The translations under genes and the position numbers were made by a program. The notes under the pieces are model-generated. The model was not told the origin of the DNA. It did no database searches and was given only the letters and a program-made list of their open reading frames with translations. Below, one piece after another: positions 1 to 7,860 of a DNA stretch of 25,678 nucleotides. Every line of letters starts with the position of its first letter. Position 1 is the first letter of the stretch. Source of the stretch: Candidatus Woesearchaeota archaeon (GTDB taxonomy: Archaea; Nanobdellota; Nanobdellia; SCGC-AAA011-G17; GW2011-AR17); the NCBI GenBank assembly GCA_043818535.1, contig JBDRFS010000042.1:1-25678 (forward strand), written 5' to 3'.

Positions 1-23
1 CCACAAGGCAAAACAGGGATAAG

Positions 24-794
24 TTAAAGCCCCAAAGAAAGCAGCTCCCCACGAATGTCCTTGGGCACAAGCGCCACCCTGAACCTCCTCCCATTCTGAA
101 ACATCCTCCCCACAACAAGAAGCCCATGCGCCCTCAACACGCCTATTGCCGAAGACGGCGGATGCCCCCTCCAAAATAAGCCAACCCCATCATCAAAACC
201 CTTCAGCACAGAATACCTCACACAGCCCCCCTTCCCCAAAACAAGCCTCAGCGCATCCCTCGACCTTTCCGGCAGCCCAGAAACCACATCCCCCATCCCA
301 GACTTCAGCCTTTCCGCAATCAGCTTCGCCTTCATCCCCTTCCTGCCCCCCGCATCCAGGGAAAGGTTTTCGCAGATGCCGTCAACCCACTGCGAAGGGA
401 ACTTGTTCAGTATGGCCGCAAGCCTTGAATTCTCAGAAAGCAGCATCCCCTCAATCTCCCTTATCCTGCCCTGCTCATAAGCATGCATCATTACATCCGG
501 ATCCAGGATAATTGGAGAATTATGAATCCCAAAAGCCCCGGCAAACAGGTAAGCATCGCCAAAAGCGTGTATCCTTCCTGTCAGCAGGGTGTTCCTCCCA
601 ATAGAAGGGATTTTACTTAGCAGCATCACCCTATAATGTTTCCCGCTTTCCCTGTCCTTGGCCATAAGAAAATCTGCATCTTTTGAAATTACCACAAACT
701 CAGACACTATGAACCTTCCAGCATCCCTGAGCTTTTGCCTTGTATCATCCTCCATCTCAGGATGCTCGCTTATGTACTCCTCAAGCATGGTCAC
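24..794 (-). CDS. hypothetical protein, no family recognised
   Basis: 256-codon ORF. GTG at 792-794 is followed by ATG at 786-788 (MLEEYISEHPE...), and the ATG is the likelier start. It is the last gene of a co-directional minus-strand string. The overlapping + ORF 146..511 is P/S/Q-rich low complexity and looks like antisense noise. Confidence 0.6.
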   Translation of the reverse strand: MTMLEEYISEHPEMEDDTRQKLRDAGRFIVSEFVVISKDADFLMAKDRESGKHYRVMLLSKIPSIGRNTLLTGRIHAFGDAYLFAGAFGIHNSPIILDPDVMMHAYEQGRIREIEGMLLSENSRLAAILNKFPSQWVDGICENLSLDAGGRKGMKAKLIAERLKSGMGDVVSGLPERSRDALRLVLGKGGCVRYSVLKGFDDGVGLFWRGHPPSSAIGVLRAHGLLVVGRMFQNGRRFRVALVPKDIRGELLSLGL

Positions 795-827
795 GCCTGT
801 CTCAGGAAGCTTTTTTTCAAAAATGAG

Positions 828-986
828 CTAGTCCATGAAATTCCTGATGTAGCCCTGCTCATCCAGCCCTTCAATCTTGTAAGGGAATTCAGGATAGAAA
901 TCCTTATGGAATTCCGCTATCCTGCCCTTATACTTGCGCACGGCATACTCTGTCAGCACGGTATTAAAATTGGCTGCATCAATCAT
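828..986 (-). CDS. small hypothetical protein (52 aa), below the ORF-track cut-off
   Basis: ATG at 984-986, TAG at 828-830, translation MIDAANFNTVLTEYAVRKYKGRIAEFHKDFYPEFPYKIEGLDEQGYIRNFMD. Its ATG overlaps the TGA (979-981) of the upstream gene within ATGATTGA, a typical coupling arrangement. It fills the gap between two longer genes. Confidence 0.35.
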   Translation of the reverse strand: MIDAANFNTVLTEYAVRKYKGRIAEFHKDFYPEFPYKIEGLDEQGYIRNFMD

Positions 987-1401
987 TTTGCATTCCCCCA
1001 TCAAGCCCGATTTCCCCGCTCACCACAACCTCTTCCCCATTATTGTGGATTTTTGAGATAATCCCAGAAGTTATATCATCAACCAGCGCCTCAAGCATCT
1101 TTGAATACTCCATATATTCCGGCCATACCACCCCATCCAGAAATGACTTGCTCACCCTAACCATGGACGTTGTGTACTTCTGCCGGAAATACCTGTACGG
1201 CTTGAGGCTATGCTTAAGGCAGATTGCCACAAACAGCCTCTTGTGCCACATGTCCTGCGTGCTGATGTTATATTCAATCTCCTCGTCTTCCTTAATCCTC
1301 GCCAGCCTTTCCCTGGCTAGAATAGCGGACTGCCTCTCGCCTTCTGTTGCCGCCCTTTGAATTAAGGCTTCAATTTTCCTTATCTTGTCCAGTACATCCA
1401 T
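979..1401 (-). CDS. hypothetical protein with DUF2786-like N-terminal helix pair
   Basis: 140-aa ORF. The N-terminus VLDKIRKIEALIQRAATEGERQSAILARERLARI resembles the KIRKLLALA...EAEAA motif of DUF2786-type proteins, which are common on phage and plasmid DNA. This is recalled from the motif only, with no search run. Confidence 0.6.
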   Translation of the reverse strand: MDVLDKIRKIEALIQRAATEGERQSAILARERLARIKEDEEIEYNISTQDMWHKRLFVAICLKHSLKPYRYFRQKYTTSMVRVSKSFLDGVVWPEYMEYSKMLEALVDDITSGIISKIHNNGEEVVVSGEIGLDGGMQND

Positions 1402-1409
1402 TGCGTGAA

Positions 1410-1619
1410 CTACATATGGGCTAAAGCCCGTGGCGTCAATCCCGCCCGGACTGCCCCTTTGCTTTGAGCCTCATCCCTGCTTTGCAGGAAATCATCGCTC
1501 TGGGCCGGTTCATCCTGATGCACAGTTAATTCTGTGCCGACCCGATAGGTTACGAAGCTTTTGTTCGTGCCCATCTTCATTGCTGCAAGTCTCTGAAGGA
1601 AAAGACATGGTACCACCAC
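1410..1619 (-). CDS. possible small hypothetical protein
   Basis: 69-codon ORF with a GTG start at 1617-1619 and an internal ATG giving MKMGTNKSFVTYRV.... Its stop lies 8 nt upstream of the next gene's ATG at 1399-1401. An AT-rich TATA-like stretch at 1628-1650 lies upstream on the minus strand. No homology recognised. Confidence 0.3.
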   Translation of the reverse strand: MVVPCLFLQRLAAMKMGTNKSFVTYRVGTELTVHQDEPAQSDDFLQSRDEAQSKGAVRAGLTPRALAHM

Positions 1620-1776
1620 GTGATTTTTCCCTCAATAAAATATAAAATATCCCATTCATTTATAAGTTTTGCGTGCACAGATGTCAAGTGGCTAACTTTC
1701 GGAGTACTGAGCCATTCTTCCAAGAAGAAACAAAACAGTTCTTTGCTCGGCTCACTCCGCCATTCAATCTGCGGAC

Positions 1777-1815
1777 TAAAGCCACGCAGGGTTTCTGGCT
1801 GAGCCTCACCCTAAA
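1777..1815 (-). repeat. inverted-repeat arm A (39 nt), partner at 2545..2583
   Basis: The reverse complement tttagggtgaggctcagccagaaaccctgcgtggcttta matches 2545-2583 at 34 of 39 positions without gaps (hand alignment). It overlaps the stop codon of the small HTH ORF. Confidence 0.8.
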
Positions 1816-1957
1816 ATCTCCCAATAGCCATGCTTCCTGCCCTTGCCAGGAGCCCCTTCCCCTTCAACCTGCCAAGGTATTCTTTTACAGTATCCGGAGA
1901 TATCCCCAATTCTTTTGCCATCCCTTGCATGGTAATTCCCCTAATCATGGCAGGCAT
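1811..1957 (-). CDS. small helix-turn-helix protein (48 aa), below the ORF-track cut-off
   Basis: ATG at 1955-1957, TAG at 1811-1813, translation MPAMIRGITMQGMAKELGISPDTVKEYLGRLKGKGLLARAGSMAIGRF. The segment MAKELGISPDTVKEYL has the classic HTH pattern. Confidence 0.4.
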   Translation of the reverse strand: MPAMIRGITMQGMAKELGISPDTVKEYLGRLKGKGLLARAGSMAIGRF

Positions 1958-2023
1958 TTTCTGCTCAAGCCCAGTTGGCTTTTTTGGGGTTGCTGCCCTT
2001 TTGAATATTACAAATTGTCAAAA

Positions 2024-2523
2024 TTAATAAGCTTTTTGCAAAACGCCCATCCGTAAACAGGCTAAAGCCAGAGGTGCCATCCGCACAAAGGACTTCCACA
2101 GCAGCAAGCCAAAAAAATGCAGGCTGCCAAAAACCAAGGCAGTGGATAACGGAGTAAAAATATAAGCCAACTGAAAGAGATTATGAATGCTCACGTTTTT
2201 GTAAAAAACGCAAAAGTTACACAAACCCCTATATACTCCTGCAACATTATTATCCCATATGCTCCAAAAATGTAGCATCTGGAAAGTATTCGGCGCCTTT
2301 GCCTCAGGCCCAGAGAAGAGCTTCCACATAAGGGAGAATAGGAAGTTCCTGCATAACAAGCAGCCTGCACATCAAGGGTTAATTTGAGTGGAAGGCATTT
2401 AACCTTTTCGCAGAGAAAAACTTTGGCCCTTTTAGTTGTGAGTTGGCTGAGCCACATCGGGAAAAACGCAAAAGTCCAGGCAAGAGGGATTAATGTGCTA
2501 TCCATAATGTTTTGATAGCCCAA
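2024..2523 (-). pseudogene. possible membrane-protein ORF interrupted by the 71-nt repeat copy at 2343..2413
   Basis: Track ORFs 2191..2523 and 2024..2359 overlap in different frames. Deleting 2343-2413 joins codon 37 (L, 2415-2413) of the first to codon 7 (L, 2341-2339) of the second in frame. The result is about 140 hydrophobic, Trp/Phe-rich codons. No homology recognised. Confidence 0.25.
2343..2413. repeat. direct-repeat copy 1 (71 nt), a duplicate of the ygiQ-like 3' end plus downstream flank
   Basis: Matches 2807-2877 at 68 of 71 positions. On the minus strand it still reads AKRLNAFHSN-stop, against AKRLNAFHPN-stop in the intact gene. Confidence 0.9.
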
Positions 2524-2544
2524 GGGCTTAACAGATTATTGAAG

Positions 2545-2583
2545 TTTAGGGCGAGGCTCAGCTAGAAACCCTGTGCGGCTTAA
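2545..2583 (+). repeat. inverted-repeat arm B (39 nt), partner at 1777..1815
   Basis: tttagggcgaggctcagctagaaaccctgtgcggcttaa matches the reverse complement of arm A at 34 of 39 positions. Confidence 0.8.
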
Positions 2584-2806
2584 TTCTTAATATCCGGTTT
2601 AAATTGAGTTTTTCGGCGATTTTGCTTATTTATACACCTTATAGTAAAAAGCGTATTATAATACATTTTTGTATTAGGAAGGGGCATAAATCCTTCCAAG
2701 TTGCAATGCACCTTCTGCCGCTTAAGATAGCTTTCTGCTCAGACAAAAGAAGCACCACAGGCTTCCATTAATGGGACTGGGTAAGGCCATGAGGGCACAG
2801 GAGGCT

Positions 2807-2877
2807 AAGTTCCTGCATAACAAGCAGCCTGCACTTCAAGGGTTAATTTGGGTGGAAGGCATTTAGCCTTTTCGCAG
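2807..2877. repeat. direct-repeat copy 2 (71 nt), covering the last 35 nt of the ygiQ-like CDS and 36 nt downstream
   Basis: Matches 2343-2413 at 68 of 71 positions. It includes the native stop codon at 2843-2845. Confidence 0.9.
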
Positions 2878-4390
2878 TGCCTCGCCCCGGCCTGCAGCGA
2901 AAGAGGATGCGCTTCTGCTCTTTCTTCTCAGAATATGTGTAGGGGACATGTACAGGCTTCTTGGTCCTAGGGTCAAGCCCAGTGTAATACATGCACGTGG
3001 ACAAGGTCATGGGGGTAGGGGTGAAGACTTGGACCTTTTCTGAATCCTCCAGCCCGCTCATTGCAGATGCAAGCTCCTTCGCCTCCTTCATGCCTGAACC
3101 CGGATGGGCTGTCATGAAATAAAAGGATATCTTCTTGCGCGTGCCCGTCTTTTTAAAAGCCTCAACAAACTTCCTGAAGTCGCCCCTGTCCTTGTTCATA
3201 AGCTGGAGCACTCCCTTGCTCACATGCTCCGGAGCAATCTTCAGCGTGCTGTAGACATGATGCATGGCCACTTCCCTGATGTACTCTTCTGATGCCAGGT
3301 CGTGCCTTATTCCGCTCCTTATGTAGACGTTCTTCACTCCGCTTATACGCCTTGCCTTCCTGAGCAGGCGCAGGAGCTTTTGGTTGCTTCGGTCAAGCCT
3401 GTTGCACCCTATGCAGTGGCCTTCCCTGCACTTGCTGCAGTCCATGCCGTACATGTTTGCAGACGGGCCGCCCATGTCGTCAATGTTTCCCTTGAAATAC
3501 TTTAGCTTTGTGATGCCTTCAATTTCTTTTAGAATAGATTCCTCTGACCTTGAGATTATACGCCTGCCCTGCAATAGCGTCAGTGAGCAGAAGCTGCACT
3601 CGCCTATGCATCCCCTGTGCGTGACTACGCTGAACTCAAATCCCCTCAGCTCTTTTGTGGGGGCCTTCCTGCTGAACCCCAGGCCATAGTACTCGTCAAG
3701 GTCTTTCTGGGAATATTCAGGATAGCGGTGCTGCACAACATAGCGGTTGTCAATCTTCTGTGCCAAGCACTTGCTGTTGCTTAGCATGTTTTGCATGTCG
3801 CAGAACCTTTCTTTTGAGTTCAGGACCTCCTCGTAGGAAGGGAGTTCAGAGAAGCCATTATTGCCCTGGCTTATCATGCAGGTGCCCCCAATCCCATCAA
3901 GCGGCTTTCCCGCCTTTATCCTTGAGGCAATCTCGATGACCTGCTTCTCGGCATTGCCGTAAGCAAGTATGTCAGCCCTTGAGTCAAATAGGATTGGCCT
4001 CCTGAGCCTGTTCTCCCAGTAGTCATAGTGCACAAGCCTCCTCAGGCTCGCCTCTGTGCCGCCAAGCACGATGGGCGTGCCCCTGAACTTATGCCTTATC
4101 CAGTTGCTGTATACTATCACCGCCCTGTCAGGGACTTCACCTGCGGATTCGCGTCTCCTCTTCATAGGGGTGTAGTTGCGCAGCATTGAATCTATGCATC
4201 CGCTGCTGACACCGAAGAAGAGCCTGGGCCTTCCAAGCCTTTCCACATCTTTCTCTTCCTTTGGCATCTCTATTATGCCAACAGAGTAGCCGTGCTTTTC
4301 CAGCAGCCTCTTCAGTATTGCTGCCCCGCAGAGGGGGTGGTCAAAGAACACTTCTCCGAGCACGAATATTATATCATATGCCATGAGCAT
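2843..4390 (-). CDS. ygiQ: YgiQ-family (UPF0313) radical SAM protein
   Basis: 515 aa. The N-terminus YDIIFVLGEVFFDHPLCGAAILKRLLEKHGYSVGIIEMP matches the YgiQ N-terminal domain pattern. It has the radical SAM motif HRGCIGECSFC (CxxxCxxC). Confidence 0.9.
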   Translation of the reverse strand: MLMAYDIIFVLGEVFFDHPLCGAAILKRLLEKHGYSVGIIEMPKEEKDVERLGRPRLFFGVSSGCIDSMLRNYTPMKRRRESAGEVPDRAVIVYSNWIRHKFRGTPIVLGGTEASLRRLVHYDYWENRLRRPILFDSRADILAYGNAEKQVIEIASRIKAGKPLDGIGGTCMISQGNNGFSELPSYEEVLNSKERFCDMQNMLSNSKCLAQKIDNRYVVQHRYPEYSQKDLDEYYGLGFSRKAPTKELRGFEFSVVTHRGCIGECSFCSLTLLQGRRIISRSEESILKEIEGITKLKYFKGNIDDMGGPSANMYGMDCSKCREGHCIGCNRLDRSNQKLLRLLRKARRISGVKNVYIRSGIRHDLASEEYIREVAMHHVYSTLKIAPEHVSKGVLQLMNKDRGDFRKFVEAFKKTGTRKKISFYFMTAHPGSGMKEAKELASAMSGLEDSEKVQVFTPTPMTLSTCMYYTGLDPRTKKPVHVPYTYSEKKEQKRILFRCRPGRGTAKRLNAFHPN

Positions 4391-4444
4391 GCTAATTGAG
4401 ATGCAGTTTTAAAGCTTTCCTTAACTTTGGACTGTAAACTCCAG

Positions 4445-4541
4445 TCTTGATAAAGCATAAAAGTTAGCAGCCCGGGATGCTTCTTTTGTTTCAAAAGAAA
4501 GCCTTGCGATCATAAGTGACAGAAGATGCAATGCTGGCTTC
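4445..4541 (+). repeat. dispersed intergenic repeat, copy a
   Basis: Starts tcTTGATAAAGCATAAAAgTTaGCAG, shared with copies at 11724 and 24327. The stretch 4464-4541 aligns without gaps to 7944-8021 at 56 of 78 positions, including the identical blocks ttagcag and atgctggcttc. Confidence 0.7.
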
Positions 4542-4557
4542 TATCTTAAAAATCAGA

Positions 4558-4571
4558 AAGCTATATATAGG
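4558..4571 (+). promoter_or_regulatory. putative archaeal BRE/TATA promoter for 4614..5471
   Basis: aaagcTATATATAgg lies about 48 nt upstream of the ATG, with GGAGG at 4602-4606 seven nt before the ATG. It has the same aaag(g)cttata consensus as other upstream regions in this window. Confidence 0.45.
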
Positions 4572-4613
4572 TCTTCCTTCTAACCATTAAAAAAATGCTA
4601 TGGAGGCTATCAA

Positions 4614-5471
4614 ATGAAAACACTTACTAAGATTTTAGGCATTGCTGGGCTTGCGCTTATGGGCACTGTAGCTGCCCCCAAAACTGCAAAGCCGGAAGAA
4701 GTGCCACAAGAAGCAAAGGAAATCATCAAGGACCTAGACCTTAAATTGGAAACACATTATGGAATAGGAAGCTCACTACCTGGAATAGGAAGCTCACTAC
4801 CTGAAGTGGGGAGTACAGCGGATATTGGAATAAGGTATGACTTCGGCAAGAGCCTATTGTCAGAGAAGAGCATACTCATGGCTGATTACCAGTTTGAAGC
4901 AGGAAAAGTCGGAATGCACCAAAAGCTCAACTTAAGCTACCTCAAGGACATCAGCAGGAAATTCCGCATAGATGAAGAGGTAAAGGGCCCATGGGTAGAA
5001 AGGCCGTTCTTCTTCGAGCAGAGCAATGTGTCCTTGGGCATTGGGGCATCTCTTGATGTCTACAGGGCCGGCACAAGAAAAATATTCTGGGGCTTAGGAC
5101 CTGTGTTTAGCGCTGGCGAGCATACAAAAAAGTCCGGCCACTACCAGCGCTCTGTAATGGTAAACGCTAGCCTTATTCTGGGAGAACTGATAAGAGAAGA
5201 GGAATTAAGCAGCTTTGCCGCAACCATATACGGGAGTATCGGGGAGGAAGTAGTGTTCAAAAAGAACATGGGCCTTGGATACGATTTTGGGCTCGGCGGC
5301 ATGGTCTCTTCCAAAGGATGGGAAAGGACGGATTATGACCTCTCTGCCTACTGGATCTATAAGGAAGGAGCAAGCGCCATAACGCTTGGGGCAAAGCTGT
5401 TTGCCTGCCTGCCTGAAGAAATGCCTGCAAACGGCGGATTGCTGGTTGAGATTGGCCTAAGGGCCTTCTGA
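4614..5471 (+). CDS. secreted or membrane-associated beta-rich hypothetical protein
   Basis: 285 aa. N-terminal signal-like segment MKTLTKILGIAGLALMGTVAAP. Many short alternating hydrophobic/polar segments such as DIGIRYDFG, VSLGIGASLDVY and MGLGYDFGLGG. No family recognised. Confidence 0.75.
   Translation: MKTLTKILGIAGLALMGTVAAPKTAKPEEVPQEAKEIIKDLDLKLETHYGIGSSLPGIGSSLPEVGSTADIGIRYDFGKSLLSEKSILMADYQFEAGKVGMHQKLNLSYLKDISRKFRIDEEVKGPWVERPFFFEQSNVSLGIGASLDVYRAGTRKIFWGLGPVFSAGEHTKKSGHYQRSVMVNASLILGELIREEELSSFAATIYGSIGEEVVFKKNMGLGYDFGLGGMVSSKGWERTDYDLSAYWIYKEGASAITLGAKLFACLPEEMPANGGLLVEIGLRAF
4761..4802 (+). repeat. perfect 21-bp tandem duplication inside a CDS
   Basis: ggaataggaagctcactacct occurs twice back to back (4761-4781 and 4782-4802), encoding GIGSSLP GIGSSLP. 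Confidence 0.95.
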
Positions 5472-5477
5472 CTAGGC

Positions 5478-6104
5478 TTACCTGTGCCCGTGCTTCCCTT
5501 TCAACGGCACAAAACAGAACCAGCCAAGCTCCTGTGTAATTGCTCTGCCTTTTTTCTTCTTAACTTTTAACATTGACTGCGTGTACAAGCCTCCTGAGGG
5601 GACAACCATTATGCCATTTTCCTTCAATTGCTTGAACAGATCTTCTGGAAAGCAAGGGGAAGCAGCAGTAACTATTATCCTGTCATAAGGTGCTTCTTTC
5701 TTGTAGCCTAATGAGCCATCACCATGAACAGTTTCAACATTCTTTATCCCGGCTGCTGAAATGTTGTTCTCCGCAAACCTTGCAAGCTCTTCAATTATTT
5801 CTATTGTGAAAACCTTCCCCCTGCTCCCTATAAGCTTTGAAAGTATTGCGGCTTGATACCCTGAGCCAGAGCCTACTTCCAACACCTTATCTCCTGCCTT
5901 TACTTCTAATGCTTCTGTCATTATTGCCACTGTAGACGGCTGTGAAATGGTTTGCTGAGCGTGTATTGGCAAGGGAATGTCTGCATAAGCATCTTTGATA
6001 TATTCCTTGAGAACAAACTTATCCCTTTGTACTTGAGAAATTGCTTTAACGACCTTCTTGCTTATTCCCCTTTCTTCCATCCTTCTAAAGAGGGATTCTT
6101 TCAT
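5478..6104 (-). CDS. pcm: protein-L-isoaspartate O-methyltransferase
   Basis: 208 aa. Contains the SAM motif VLEVGSGSGYQAAILSKLIG and the overall PIMT pattern (TISQPSTVAIM, APYDRIIVTAA). Confidence 0.9.
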   Translation of the reverse strand: MKESLFRRMEERGISKKVVKAISQVQRDKFVLKEYIKDAYADIPLPIHAQQTISQPSTVAIMTEALEVKAGDKVLEVGSGSGYQAAILSKLIGSRGKVFTIEIIEELARFAENNISAAGIKNVETVHGDGSLGYKKEAPYDRIIVTAASPCFPEDLFKQLKENGIMVVPSGGLYTQSMLKVKKKKGRAITQELGWFCFVPLKGKHGHR

Positions 6105-6122
6105 AAGTACTCTACAAAAAAA

Positions 6123-6136
6123 TAAGCTTATAAGCC
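6123..6136 (-). promoter_or_regulatory. putative TATA box for pcm, apparently leaderless
   Basis: The minus strand reads gaaaggCTTATAAGcttatt, centred about 26 nt upstream of the pcm ATG at 6102-6104. It abuts the nadB stop codon. Confidence 0.4.
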
Positions 6137-6139
6137 TTT

Positions 6140-7735
6140 CTAAGGATAATCAAGCCTGAGATGAGTGCCTATGCTCTCCTTTCTTTTTAAGGCAGAATCT
6201 ATTATTATCCCGGCAACTTCTGCAATGTTCCTCAGCTCCAGAAGGTTCAAGGTCACGATGTAGTGCCAGTAGTACTTGTTTATCTCTTCCTGTATAAGCC
6301 TTATCCTCCTCTTCGCCATCAGCAGCCTTTCCTCGTTCCTTGCTATGCCCACAAGGTTCCACATCATCCTTCTTGCCTCATCCCAGTTCTGCGCTACCTG
6401 CACCTCATCCCTGCTCTCAACAGCCTTGCCAATGTTCCACTCTTTTAGCTCAATGGCTTCCCTGTTGGAATTATTCAGCGCATGCGCCACTGCTGCTTTT
6501 CCGAAGAGTGCAGCTTCTGACAGCGAGTTGCTTGCGAGCCTGTTTGCGCCATGCAGCCCAGTGCACGCCACTTCCCCTATTGCGTAAAGCCCTTTTAATT
6601 CGGTTTCCCCGTTAATATTTACCTTTACCCCGCCACAGGTGTAATGCGCTGCCGGCACCACAGGAATAGGCTCTTTTGTTATGTCAATTCCCAGGCTAAG
6701 GCAATGCTGGCAGATTTCAGGAAAGCCTTCTTTTAATTCTTCGGCGCTTTTTCCTGTAACTTCCGGGGTGACATTGAGGTAGACATGGTCTAATCCCCTT
6801 TTCTTCATCTCAATGTCTATTGCCCTTGAGACAATGTCCCTTGTTGATGCAGAGCCGTCTTTATGATAGCCCAAGGCTTTTACAAAGTCTTCCTTTGAAT
6901 CCCTTTTAAGTACTAAAATCCCTCCGATGTTCTTCCCCCTGAGCGCTTCTGTTATCAGGAACCTCCTGTCATCCGGGCTTTTTGGAGAAGGGTTGTAGAG
7001 GCATGTTGGGTGGAACTGCATGAACTCCATGTTCTCTATTGTTAACCCTAGCCTTTTAGCCATAGCTATGCCGTCTCCAGTTGCTGTGTCAGGATTGCTT
7101 GTGTAGAGGTAAACCCTTCCTGCGCCCCCTGTTGCCAGGAATGTGGCTTTTGCAGAGAACGTTATTACCTTATTGCCTTTTGCGTCAAGAACGTATGCTC
7201 CCAGGCAAAGGCCCTCTCCTTTTATTCCTAGCTTTTTCTTTGTTATGAGGTCTATTGCCATATGGTCTTCGTATATGGTTATGTTGCTGTTTTCTCTTGC
7301 TTTTTTTTCTAGTGCTTCTTCTATCGCTTTTCCTGTGTAGTCTGCGACATGGAATATTCTTGGGGAAGAGTGCCCGCCTTCCTGGTGCAGGCTGTACTTG
7401 TAGCCTTTCTTTGATTCTGTGAACTTTACGCCTTCTTTGATTAATGGCAGGATTACGTCATTGAATGCGTTTTTTGCAAAGTATTCGACAACCTTTTTGT
7501 TGCAGATTCCGGCTCCTGCCTTTTCAGTGTCCTCTATATGTGATTCAAAAGAGTCTCCTTCAAGCGGGTGCTTGTTTGTTATTGGGACTGCTGATATGCC
7601 TCCCTGTGCGTAATATGTGTTTGCGTCTGTGAGTCTTTTTTTTGTGACTAAGGCTACCTTATGCTTGCTTAGCTCTAATGCAGCTCTTAATCCTGCTATT
7701 CCGCTTCCTATCACCAAGAAGTCTGTTTTTATCAT
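6140..7735 (-). CDS. nadB: L-aspartate oxidase
   Basis: 531 aa. N-terminal FAD fold DFLVIGSGIAGLRAAL, the motif FMQFHPT, and ACTGLHGANRLASNSLSEA typical of the NadB/SdhA flavoprotein family. The length favours NadB over SdhA. Confidence 0.88.
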   Translation of the reverse strand: MIKTDFLVIGSGIAGLRAALELSKHKVALVTKKRLTDANTYYAQGGISAVPITNKHPLEGDSFESHIEDTEKAGAGICNKKVVEYFAKNAFNDVILPLIKEGVKFTESKKGYKYSLHQEGGHSSPRIFHVADYTGKAIEEALEKKARENSNITIYEDHMAIDLITKKKLGIKGEGLCLGAYVLDAKGNKVITFSAKATFLATGGAGRVYLYTSNPDTATGDGIAMAKRLGLTIENMEFMQFHPTCLYNPSPKSPDDRRFLITEALRGKNIGGILVLKRDSKEDFVKALGYHKDGSASTRDIVSRAIDIEMKKRGLDHVYLNVTPEVTGKSAEELKEGFPEICQHCLSLGIDITKEPIPVVPAAHYTCGGVKVNINGETELKGLYAIGEVACTGLHGANRLASNSLSEAALFGKAAVAHALNNSNREAIELKEWNIGKAVESRDEVQVAQNWDEARRMMWNLVGIARNEERLLMAKRRIRLIQEEINKYYWHYIVTLNLLELRNIAEVAGIIIDSALKRKESIGTHLRLDYP

Positions 7736-7760
7736 TTATTTCTTGTATCTCTTTTGAGGC

Positions 7761-7770
7761 TTATATATAT
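7761..7770 (-). promoter_or_regulatory. putative TATA box for nadB
   Basis: An alternating TATATATA run within gaggcttatatatattg is centred about 30 nt upstream of the nadB ATG at 7733-7735. Confidence 0.35.
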
Positions 7771-7822
7771 TGTGGATAAGAAGCCAGCTTTGCTTCTGAT
7801 GGTTGGGGTGGGTTGGTTTGAG

Positions 7823-7837
7823 AAAGTTTTAAAAATG
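7823..7837 (+). promoter_or_regulatory. putative TATA box for tRNA-Gly
   Basis: aaagTTTTAAAAAtg is centred about 30 nt upstream of tRNA position 1 (7861). Confidence 0.4.
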
Positions 7838-7860
7838 ATGCTGCCATTCACAACTGCGGA

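Noticed and set aside
146-1360. + strand ORFs 146..511, 735..1061 and 1043..1360
   Set aside because: They lie antisense to better minus-strand ORFs. Their translations are P/S/Q/C-rich low complexity with no motifs, which fits shadow frames of a G-rich coding strand.
1745-1810. Cloverleaf-like pairing (GGCTCA/TGAGCC, TCCGC/GCGGA, GCCA/TGGC) that looked tRNA-like
   Set aside because: It has only two internal arms, with 10-11 nt loops. There is no T-loop or anticodon-loop geometry and no conserved tRNA positions. It is more simply part of the inverted-repeat element.
1430-2056. + strand ORFs 1430..1645, 1620..1802, 1673..2056 and 1830..2027
   Set aside because: They overlap one another and have odd composition and no motifs. 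The minus-strand HTH ORF (1811..1957) explains part of the open frame. This is treated as a non-coding or decayed region.
3104-3689. + strand ORFs antisense to the ygiQ-like gene
   Set aside because: They lie entirely within a well-supported minus-strand CDS and have no motifs.
4614-5471. Idea that this is a bacterial-type outer-membrane beta-barrel, because of its terminal Phe and alternating strands
   Set aside because: In the last strand (LLVEIGLRAF) the hydrophobic residues sit at positions 2, 4, 6 and 8 from the end, not the 1, 3, 5, 7, 9 of the canonical beta-signal. The genomic context also looks archaeal. I report only a beta-rich secreted protein.
6150-7613. ORFs 6150..6362 (-), 6263..6615 (+), 7143..7340 (+) and 7419..7613 (+)
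   Set aside because: They are alternative or antisense frames inside nadB, and nadB has clear family motifs.
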